Below are positions 10,164 to 17,901 of a stretch of DNA of 31,693 nt, piece by piece. Source of the DNA: Methanobacterium sp. (GTDB taxonomy: Archaea; Methanobacteriota; Methanobacteria; Methanobacteriales; Methanobacteriaceae); contig PMWA01000031.1 in the NCBI GenBank assembly GCA_003166335.1, positions 29,399-61,091 of the forward strand, given 5' to 3'. Within the stretch, counting starts at the first letter, position 1, and every line of letters starts with the position of its first letter. The position numbers and the translations under genes are program-made. The notes below the pieces were generated by a model that was given only the letters and a program-made list of their open reading frames with translations, was not told the origin of the DNA and did no database searches.

Positions 10164-10354
10164 GAAAGTTTCTTAGAGGGGGGATTTTCTTTAATTCTAT
10201 TTTTTTTAGGTAGTTATTTTTCTAAGAAAATACTCTTAAAACTTTTTATTCTTTATTACACTGTTATTTTTACGATTACTGAGAGGTTTTTTTTAATTTC
10301 AAATTAGTTTCATAATAAAACTTTTAAAAAGTATTAAGGAGAATATTAAGTATT

Positions 10355-11281
10355 TTAATTCAATATTATGGAACCTGGTGAGTCATAGTGTGCTGGTTCT
10401 GGATGTGTTTTTTCGATGAATTTTAATTCAAATATATCTTCTTCTTTTAAGTTACCCTGCATGTATCCTAAGTTTTGGAGTACGGGTATAAATTTGAGTG
10501 TAGAATTTATATAGGCCTCTGGTAAACTAGCACAATATTTAGGAGATATTTTATAGGTATTAAGCACGAATTCTATATTAACTACTTCTAATTCTTTGAA
10601 AGCTATTTCTGCTGCATTTCTTGGTTGGAATCTAATTAGGTTACAGGCTTTCTCATGAGCCTTTAAGAATTGTGTTATGAATTCGGGCGATTCATCGATT
10701 AAATCCTCACGTACAACTATTCCATAACTTGGATTGTATGGCCATAGTTTATATGGTGGAATAACAATGTTAGAGTCCAATCGGTTTGAAATAACTGTCG
10801 CCAGGCTAGGGGTTCCCACTCCCGCTGCAATTTCGCCTTCCTCCATAGCATCGGGTATGAAATCTGCCCAGTTATAATTCTTTATAGTTATATCTAAGTT
10901 TTTAGTTATTTCACTTATGATTACGTCATGAATACAGCCACGTGAAGGAGTTCCAATGATTTCTCCTTCAAATTGTTCTAGAACAGTTTTTACACTTCCT
11001 AATTCATCGAAGGTCTTATAAGATGATGGTGCTACCATTACGGTGCCTTCTATATGACCTCCGGCAACACATTTGAGATTTAAACCGTTTTCAAGTCTAA
11101 TCATGACTGGAGGGAGGCCAATGAATCCAATATCAGTTTCTCCCGATTCAAATGCATCCATCATTGCAGGTCCTGTGGGATATAGTGACCATTTTAAATC
11201 ATATTCATTCAAATAACCAAAAGTTTCATTTTTTAAGATAAATGATGTATGATAAATTGTGGATAGATAACCTATGCGGAT
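10355..11281 (-). CDS. SsuA/NMT1(Thi5)-like substrate-binding-fold protein, probable ATC start
   Basis: TGPAMMDAF..GETDIGFIGLPP, IGTPSRG, FLKAH..A. The frame stays open upstream of the listed TTG (11212) and encodes IRIGYLSTIYHTSF from ATC at 11281, 8 nt after GGGGG. Confidence 0.8.
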   Translation of the reverse strand: MRIGYLSTIYHTSFILKNETFGYLNEYDLKWSLYPTGPAMMDAFESGETDIGFIGLPPVMIRLENGLNLKCVAGGHIEGTVMVAPSSYKTFDELGSVKTVLEQFEGEIIGTPSRGCIHDVIISEITKNLDITIKNYNWADFIPDAMEEGEIAAGVGTPSLATVISNRLDSNIVIPPYKLWPYNPSYGIVVREDLIDESPEFITQFLKAHEKACNLIRFQPRNAAEIAFKELEVVNIEFVLNTYKISPKYCASLPEAYINSTLKFIPVLQNLGYMQGNLKEEDIFELKFIEKTHPEPAHYDSPGSIILN

Positions 11282-11310
11282 AAAAAATTCCCCCTAAAAT
11301 TATGTTTTTT

Positions 11311-11586
11311 TTAACCACCAGCGATGGTTTGGAATATTACGATTTCATCATTTTCAGTTACAATGGTTTTTAATCCATCAATATTTCTTACATCTTCTCC
11401 GTTAATTAATATTTTCATATACTCTCTTAATTCTCCATTCTCGTTGAAAAGAGCATCTTTAAATCCTTTATCATATTTTTCGGTTAATATTTCGATTAAG
11501 GTAGATATTTCACCATCATAGTTAATTTCCAGTTCTTTCTCACCGGCAATATCTTTGAAGCGTGCTAAAAATTTTATTTTTACCAT
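11311..11586 (-). CDS. MoaD/ThiS/SAMP ubiquitin-like sulfur carrier
   Basis: 91 aa beta-grasp pattern (VKIKFLARF, ILINGEDV, DEIVIF) ending IAGG; RBS AGGAG. Confidence 0.92.
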   Translation of the reverse strand: MVKIKFLARFKDIAGEKELEINYDGEISTLIEILTEKYDKGFKDALFNENGELREYMKILINGEDVRNIDGLKTIVTENDEIVIFQTIAGG

Positions 11587-11822
11587 AAATATTTATCTCC
11601 TAGCGGTACTAATATAAATTTACTGAAATTCTTTTTTTTTAGGAAAATTAATTATTTCATAAAACTAAATATTGTTTTAGGTTATCATTTATGAAAAATT
11701 CATCTATTAATAATTTGTTAACATATTTTTTAGATAACAAATTTTTAATTACTTGAAGGTTTATGTAACTTGAATTACATAATTAATTAAGAATTAAATC
11801 GTTTTAAACATAAATTTATATG

Positions 11823-11838
11823 TTTAACGATAGTTATA
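11823..11838. promoter_or_regulatory. Candidate operator TTTAAC-GATA-GTTATA
   Basis: One mismatch to the consensus; directly follows a TTTATA box and precedes the PNPOx-like gene. Confidence 0.6.
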
Positions 11839-11858
11839 ATATAAATGGTGGTTTAGAT

Positions 11859-12254
11859 ATGCCAATGAGTAAAGAGATGATGGATGCTATAGAAAAGGAT
11901 AACGTGGTTTTTTTATCCACTAGTGCGGATAATATACCTAACGTGGTTCCAATTGGATTTGCAAGACCTTTAGATGACGAAAATATTTTGTTAGTTGATA
12001 ATTTCATGAATAAAACTCGTGATAATTTGGAGAAGAATCCTAAAGCAGCTATTGTTGTTAGAGATGCTTCGAAATGTCCTTATCAATTTAAAGGTACTGT
12101 AGAGATATTTGAATCTGGTAAGTACTTTGATGATGCAGTTGATTGGGCAACGAGTGTGATGAGTAAACTCAGTCCTAAAGCAGCAATTTTGTTCAAAGTA
12201 GAGCAAATATATTCAGTGCAACCAGGTCCAGATGCTGGTAAAAAGGTGGATTAA
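11859..12254 (+). CDS. Pyridoxamine 5'-phosphate oxidase-like FMN-binding protein
   Basis: FLSTS..PNVVP, DNFMNKTRDNLEKNP, YQFKG, YSVQPGP.AG. Start moved from 11820 to ATG 11859 because GGTGG lies at 11847-11851. Confidence 0.85.
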   Translation: MPMSKEMMDAIEKDNVVFLSTSADNIPNVVPIGFARPLDDENILLVDNFMNKTRDNLEKNPKAAIVVRDASKCPYQFKGTVEIFESGKYFDDAVDWATSVMSKLSPKAAILFKVEQIYSVQPGPDAGKKVD

Positions 12255-12294
12255 AAGACTAAGATAATTTATTTATAAATTCTTTATTTTTTAA

Positions 12295-12654
12295 ATGGAA
12301 TTAAGGGTGATTACAGTATCATTTAAAGTAGCTGTTGCAAGTAGTGATGGAAAATTCGTTAATCAGCATTTTGGTATGACTCCACAATTTTTGATATTCG
12401 AAATTGATGATAATGGAGATTATAAATTTTTGGAGTTAAGAGAAAACATTCCTGCATGTGATGTGGGAGGACATACAGAAGATGCTATGACCACGAGTGT
12501 GAGATTGATCTCGGATTGCAAAGCACTTATTGCTAGTCACATCGGACCAGCAGCTGTTAATATATTATTAGATCATGGGATAGATCCTTACATAGCGCCT
12601 ATGTTTATTGAGGAAGCTTTAAAAGAGTTGGTATTGTCATTGAAAAAAGAATAA
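12295..12654 (+). CDS. NifB/NifX-family (dinitrogenase FeMo-cofactor-like) small protein
   Basis: KVAVASSDG..VNQHFG...F.IFE, DC..LIASHIGPAA...L...GI. Start position uncertain. Confidence 0.88.
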   Translation: MELRVITVSFKVAVASSDGKFVNQHFGMTPQFLIFEIDDNGDYKFLELRENIPACDVGGHTEDAMTTSVRLISDCKALIASHIGPAAVNILLDHGIDPYIAPMFIEEALKELVLSLKKE

Positions 12655-12702
12655 TTATTGCATAATAAAAATTTAAATTTCAAATAGTTAAATCTCAATA
12701 TA

Positions 12703-12710
12703 TTTATATA
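12703..12710 (+). promoter_or_regulatory. TATA box upstream of the structured region
   Basis: TTTATATA about 20 nt before the first stem (12731), at roughly TATA-to-TSS spacing; BRE weak. Confidence 0.45.
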
Positions 12711-12730
12711 AAGATCTGTTGTATTATATA

Positions 12731-13302
12731 CTCTAAAACCGAAGATAAATTAATGGCGAAATTTATCTTCGGAATAGAGATTTATAGCAGAGTTGAACTT
12801 TTTGTTATGTACGGAGGTCATACATAACAGAGTGAAGCTTTCTAAAAAGAAATAGAAACAAGAGATGATACATTCAATTGGCAGAGGATGATTTTTTTTT
12901 GTTTCTTTAAAATTTTTTAGATGCTTTTTCACTCAATGACCGATTTTTTAGAAATGAAGCTCAGAAATTTGTCTTTGGAGATGTTCTATCCAATGAATTT
13001 TCAGTTAAAATTTCATTTCTTTTTCATTGTTTTGCTATCCAAGACTTAAAACGTACTGGTGATAAGCTGTGCTTATGAACTTTTATGGTGATAGGTTTCC
13101 GGTGGTTTTAAAGTCTTGGATAGTAAACTCGTGGTTTACATGGACTTAAATATTTAGACATTGTTTTTTTTATCTACACATTTTTATACACCTCTATTAT
13201 GGAGGTATTCGGGGTTTCCAATCGAAGTTTAATGAGATATACACCTGAATTTCTGGTTTTTTTTATTCTGGTGCATTAAACATTCGGTTGGAATGGTGAG
13301 GT
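12731..13302. ncRNA. Candidate multi-hairpin non-coding RNA (strand unresolved)
   Basis: Stems at 12739-12751/12760-12772 (13 bp perfect), 12803-12811/12821-12829, 12854-12861/12899-12906, 12950-12958/13012-13020, 13031-13052/13105-13127 (22 bp, one bulge), 13190-13194/13202-13206 and 13216-13234/13274-13293 (19 bp, one bulge). No convincing long ORF. Confidence 0.65.
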
Positions 13303-13392
13303 AATTATTTTCGTTATATAGGTTCTTATATAACGATCGTTATAATTAACCTCTAATATAACAATTGTTATATTTCATATATAAAGGTTTCC
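13303..13392 (-). promoter_or_regulatory. Minus-strand BRE/TATA promoter with a downstream operator array
   Basis: Minus strand GGAAACC-TTTATATA (13392-13378); perfect TATAAC-N4-GTTATA at 13357-13372 and 13329-13344; half-site GTTATA at 13313-13318. Confidence 0.7.
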
Positions 13393-13735
13393 ATTTTGAA
13401 TAACTCGCAAAACTGTTGTTATAAATATTTATGAATTTTGCAATTATAAGTATAATAACAAATTTGAAAAAAACGCCATTTAAAAAAAAGAAATGGGAAA
13501 AAACCATTTCAAACACTCTACAGTCCAAGAAATTGAAAATTTATAAATAGTTTTTCATACATAATATCATGGGAGAAGTTCATAAAGATCAAAAAAATTT
13601 CATCTTACAATATCAATTAATGAATCAAAACTCATTTTTAAGATTTATATGCATTTTCAAACTTTATTTTTTAAATTTATTTTTGACATATGAAAATTAA
13701 CTAGAAAATAACATCTATTTAGGAGGATTAAAATA

Positions 13736-14566
13736 ATGGTTTCTAAAGAGGAAGAACATAAAAAGGCGTTAATGCAAGAGGAAATTGACATTATAAAAAA
13801 GATGAGTAAGATTAAACATAAAATTGCAGTAATGAGTGGGAAGGGAGGTGTAGGTAAATCTACCATAGCCGTGAATTTAGCAGCTGCTTTTGCAAAAAAA
13901 GGATATAAAACAGGTATCATGGATGTTGATGTGCATGGACCCAATGTTCCAAAGATGTTAGGATTAGAAGGAAAAAGTTTAAAGTTTAGTGATGATGGTA
14001 TAATACCTATTGAAACTGAAGAAGGCATAAAAGTCATGTCTGTAGGATTTTTTTTATCTTCTCAAGATACTCCTCTAATTTGGAGAGGTCCTGCAAAAAC
14101 TGGTGTTATAAAACAATTTTTTGCAGAGGTTATCTGGGGTGATCTGGATGTGTTAATTATTGATAATCCTCCGGGTACTGGAGATGAGCCTTTAACTATA
14201 TTACAGACTATTCCATTAGATGGTGTTGTATTAATAACCACTCCTCAATCAGTAGTGCAAGAAGACGTGATAAAGAGTGTTAATTTAGTTAAAAGTTTGA
14301 AGATTTCCATAATAGGAATTATTGAAAATATGTCTGGTTTTGTATGTCCAGAATGTAAAAAAGAGATTTTAATATTTGGTAAGGGAAGTGGTGCTAAAAT
14401 GGCTGAGAAAATGGATGTTCCTTTTCTTGGAAGTTTACCATTAGATGTGGAAACATCTGCAGCCTCTGATATTGGAACTCCTATTCTAATTAAAGAACCT
14501 GAATCAGAAATTTCAGTTAAAATATTAAAAATTGCAGATAAAATCGAGTCAAAAATTATGAAGTAG
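13736..14566 (+). CDS. mrp: Mrp/NBP35/ApbC Fe-S cluster carrier ATPase
   Basis: [60 protein letters not shown]. Confidence 0.95.
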   Translation: MVSKEEEHKKALMQEEIDIIKKMSKIKHKIAVMSGKGGVGKSTIAVNLAAAFAKKGYKTGIMDVDVHGPNVPKMLGLEGKSLKFSDDGIIPIETEEGIKVMSVGFFLSSQDTPLIWRGPAKTGVIKQFFAEVIWGDLDVLIIDNPPGTGDEPLTILQTIPLDGVVLITTPQSVVQEDVIKSVNLVKSLKISIIGIIENMSGFVCPECKKEILIFGKGSGAKMAEKMDVPFLGSLPLDVETSAASDIGTPILIKEPESEISVKILKIADKIESKIMK

Positions 14567-14868
14567 GATTCTTTAAAATTAATTTTTTTTTTAATCTTTT
14601 TTATTTTTAGAGAGAAATTTATAATTTTTTATTCTGCAATTAAAATGAATTATAGAAATGAAATAATTAATTCAGGTTTTAACTTTTTCATTTTTTAGAT
14701 GCTAAAGAGTCTGGGATTAAATGGTTACAGTAATGGTAAATTTATTATTTTTAGTTTTACATAATTAAAGATAGGAAAAGTAATTCTTAAAGAATCAGGA
14801 TTCCAAGTGGGTTCTTGAAGTGATTATATTTCTTTAAGGAATTTGAAGTTTTTATAATAATAAATTTG

Positions 14869-14884
14869 TATAACAATAGCTATA
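14869..14884. promoter_or_regulatory. Candidate operator TATAAC-AATA-GCTATA
   Basis: One mismatch to the consensus; lies between TTTATAA (~14851-14857) and the cysK RBS. Confidence 0.6.
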
Positions 14885-14920
14885 TATTATTAGTTAGAGA
14901 AATATTAGGAGAGATAAATA

Positions 14921-15910
14921 ATGGTTAAAATACCTGAATTGACAAGAGGAATAGCAAACAATTCAACGGAATTGATTGGAAACACTCCTTTAGTAAGGCT
15001 TAATAAAATAGCGGAAGGAGTAAATGCGGATATTATAGCTAAACTAGAATCTTTTAATCCGTTAGGTAGTGTAAAGGATAGGATTGGAGTAGCTATGATT
15101 GAAGCTGGAGAAGAAGCTGGTGTAATAACTGAGAATTCGGTTTTAATTGAACCTACCAGTGGGAACACTGGAATTGCCTTGGCGTTTGTGGCTGCAGCTA
15201 AAGGTTACAAATTAATATTAACCATGCCGGATACCATGTCCATAGAGAGGAGGAAGCTTTTAGCAACCTTTGGTGCAGAAATAGTGTTAACTCCTGGTGT
15301 AAATGGCATGCCTGGTGCTGTAGCAAAGGCAGAAGAGCTAGCTAAAGAAATCACTAACGCCGTGCTTCCGCAGCAATTCAAAAACCCTGCAAACCCAAAA
15401 ATACACAGAGAAACCACTGCCGAAGAGATCTGGAGAGATACTGCTGGTGATGTGGATATTATTGTTGCGGGCGTAGGTACTGGTGGAACAATTACTGGAG
15501 TTGCAGAAGTACTAAAAGAAAGAAATCCTGAATTTAAGGCAGTTGCAGTTGAACCTATAACTTCACAGGTTTTAGCTGGAAGAGAAAAAGGCCCTCACAA
15601 AATACAGGGAATAGGAGCGGGATTTATACCAGAAGTTCTCAGAACTGATTTGATTGATGAGATTATTCCTGTTAAAGATGAAGACGCTGGTAAAACTTTA
15701 GTAAGACTTGCTAGGGAAGAAGGGATACTTGCAGGTATATCATCTGGAGCAGCAACTTGGGCTGCACTTGAATTGGGTAAAAGGCCAGAAAATAAAGGTA
15801 AAAGGATAGTTGTAATACTTCCAGATACGGGTGAACGATATTTGAGCGTTGGATGGGTGTTTGAAGAAATTTACAAACCCTACGATGAGACAGTATTCCC
15901 ACAAATCTAA
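14921..15910 (+). CDS. cysK: Cysteine synthase A (O-acetylserine sulfhydrylase)
   Basis: [59 protein letters not shown]. Confidence 0.97.
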   Translation: MVKIPELTRGIANNSTELIGNTPLVRLNKIAEGVNADIIAKLESFNPLGSVKDRIGVAMIEAGEEAGVITENSVLIEPTSGNTGIALAFVAAAKGYKLILTMPDTMSIERRKLLATFGAEIVLTPGVNGMPGAVAKAEELAKEITNAVLPQQFKNPANPKIHRETTAEEIWRDTAGDVDIIVAGVGTGGTITGVAEVLKERNPEFKAVAVEPITSQVLAGREKGPHKIQGIGAGFIPEVLRTDLIDEIIPVKDEDAGKTLVRLAREEGILAGISSGAATWAALELGKRPENKGKRIVVILPDTGERYLSVGWVFEEIYKPYDETVFPQI

Positions 15911-16011
15911 AATATTAGATAAAAGAAAATTTTTTTTAATTCACCTGTATAAAGAGGAACTAAATTATATTTACATAGGTAAAAAAACAATTTGATAAAG
16001 AGTAGTAAATC

Positions 16012-16749
16012 ATGTTTGAAAGGATAAGAGAAGATATGCAGATGGTTTATGCAAGAGATCCTGCTGCGAAAAGTAGTTTGGAGATATTTTTTCTTTACCC
16101 TGGATTACATGCTATTTGGTTTCATAGATTAGCGAACTGGTTTTGGGTTCGTAATCATTTATTCACTGGCCGATTTTTTTCGGCTCTGAGTCGTCTTTTA
16201 ACTGGAATTGAAATACATCCGGGCGCAACTATAGGTAAGCGTGTTTTCATTGATCATGGGATGGGAGTGGTTATTGGAGAGACTGCTGAAGTTGGTGATG
16301 ATGTATTGATTTATCAAGGTGTAGTTTTAGGCGGCACCAGTCTGGAGAAGAAGAAAAGACATCCTACCATTGGGAGTGGGGTGGTGATTGGTTCTGGAGC
16401 TAAAATAATTGGTGACATTAAAATTGGGGATTGTTCCAAAGTAGGAGCTGGTTCTGTAGTTTTAAAATCAGTGCCTAATGGCGCTACTGTAGTTGGAATA
16501 CCTGGAAGAAATGTTAACGAGAAGAGAAAATGCGCTATTGACTTGGATCATGGAGAATTACCCGATCCAGTCGCGGAAGTTATCCAATTAATCTTAGAAC
16601 GCCAGGATGAAATGGATAAACAAATAAGAGCGTTAGATATATCTAAAGATATAATAAAAATGAATGGGTACATGACTAAAAAATCTGAAATAGAAAAAGA
16701 AGAAGAATCAGATTTAGAAGAAATATTCGCTGAAGGAGCAGGAATATAA
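16012..16749 (+). CDS. cysE: Serine O-acetyltransferase
   Basis: [39 protein letters not shown], hexapeptide repeats, LPDPV. Confidence 0.97.
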   Translation: MFERIREDMQMVYARDPAAKSSLEIFFLYPGLHAIWFHRLANWFWVRNHLFTGRFFSALSRLLTGIEIHPGATIGKRVFIDHGMGVVIGETAEVGDDVLIYQGVVLGGTSLEKKKRHPTIGSGVVIGSGAKIIGDIKIGDCSKVGAGSVVLKSVPNGATVVGIPGRNVNEKRKCAIDLDHGELPDPVAEVIQLILERQDEMDKQIRALDISKDIIKMNGYMTKKSEIEKEEESDLEEIFAEGAGI

Positions 16750-16844
16750 AAAATAATTATTTAAATATCAATAAAATTTTAGGAAGGATAACAAAAAATG
16801 GGAATAAAAATAATCAATCGAAAAAAAATTGTGGGTGATGATAA

Positions 16845-17225
16845 ATGCGACCTCCTTGTGAAATAGTAGTATGGTATGTAATTCCAACAATACGATCTGA
16901 ATTAGCTAAAGCACTTTTAAAATTAGGCATGAAACAGAAACAGATTTCAGAACTCTTGGATATAACTCAACCTGCAGTTTCCCAATACATTAGTGATAAA
17001 AGAGGGCACGGACTTAAACTCGAGCCGGAAATTCATGATATGATTAATGAATTTGCAAAGGATATTATGGATGGAAAAGCAGACCAACGTGATATTATAC
17101 CTAAAACATGTGAAATTTGCAGGAAGATAAAGGCGGAAGAAGTAATATGTCAATTGCATCATGAGAAAGATAAAATACCTACAAATTGCACAGCATGTAT
17201 GGGTTCAGAAGCTCACAGTTGTTAA
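16845..17225 (+). CDS. XRE-type HTH transcriptional regulator (COG2522-like) with Cys-rich C-terminus
   Basis: MRPPCE..V..VIP.IR..LA, HTH QKQISELLDITQPAVSQY...KRG; Cys at 5, 89, 92, 102, 115, 118 and 126; RBS GGTGAT. Confidence 0.88.
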   Translation: MRPPCEIVVWYVIPTIRSELAKALLKLGMKQKQISELLDITQPAVSQYISDKRGHGLKLEPEIHDMINEFAKDIMDGKADQRDIIPKTCEICRKIKAEEVICQLHHEKDKIPTNCTACMGSEAHSC

Positions 17226-17901
17226 AAAATTTTGGGATTAAAAGTTTAAAATACAAATTTCTCTATTCAAACCATTTTTGATAGTGATAAATGAATTTGT
17301 TTAGATTTTTAAGTTGGTTTATATCTTATTTTTAAGTTAATTAAAGAAATTTTAAAGTTATTATAAGGATATATCTCATTATAGATGAAGTTTTAAGGAA
17401 ATCTAACTATTAGATTAATTAATTGAAGAATACATTTATTACCATATATGAAAACCTGACCATAGTTTGAGGTAAGGTTTTTTTTTATTTAGGATAGATT
17501 AAATTCTTAAAAAATAATTTAGAATGAATTCGAGGAAAATTAATACTTTCGATGAGAAAATCGAATAAAAAAATTTTAATAAAACTTGATTTATGAAGTA
17601 TTTAAAAACTTAAATAAGGCCTAATAATTCCTTTTTAGATCTGTTTTGAGTCTCTTAGTGATACCCTAAGAATTTTTTTATTGGGATATTTCTAATAAAA
17701 GTATTACCGTAAACACTAAAAAAGAATAAAAAGATAGTAGTTATTAGAACTAAGAATCCAGATTTATTGAAATACAACTGCCAAATACATGCATTCGTTA
17801 CACAAAAGGCTTATTTTATTAAATCATAAAAAGGATTTTTGAAGAATTCTAAATATTTTACTTAAATAATAAATTAAAAGTTTTTCACGAGATTTATTAT
17901 A

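Noticed and set aside
11820..11858. Listed ATG start of the PNPOx-like ORF
   Set aside because: It falls within the TATA/operator sequence; the RBS supports ATG 11859 or 11865.
12295..12654. Nitrogen fixation locus
   Set aside because: Only a stand-alone NifB/NifX-family domain; no nifH, nifD or nifK, and such proteins commonly accompany Mrp ATPases.
12750..12932. 60-aa minus-strand ORF
   Set aside because: GTG start without an RBS, no recognisable domain, and it runs across three hairpins that explain the sequence better.
13069..13149. 26-codon plus-strand ORF (GTG start) after GGTGAT
   Set aside because: Lies within the 22-bp stem-loop and is the antisense frame of the 17-codon minus ORF; no independent support, though not excluded.
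12731..13302. CRISPR array, MITE, SRP RNA or RNase P RNA as the explanation of the structured region
   Set aside because: The hairpins do not share a repeated sequence or regular spacers; I saw no terminal inverted repeats or target duplication; the region is AT-rich and I could not find SRP or RNase P signature motifs.
13311..13336. TCGTTATATA/TATATAACGA as an RNA hairpin
   Set aside because: Better explained as a by-product of two adjacent operator half-sites.
13346..13528. 60-aa minus-strand ORF
   Set aside because: Overlaps the promoter/operator array and has low-complexity AT-driven composition.
17548..17565. TTCGA-N8-TCGAA resembling an MsvR box
   Set aside because: The TTCG-to-CGAA spacing is 10 nt, longer than the consensus I recall (7-9), and it is far from any gene start.
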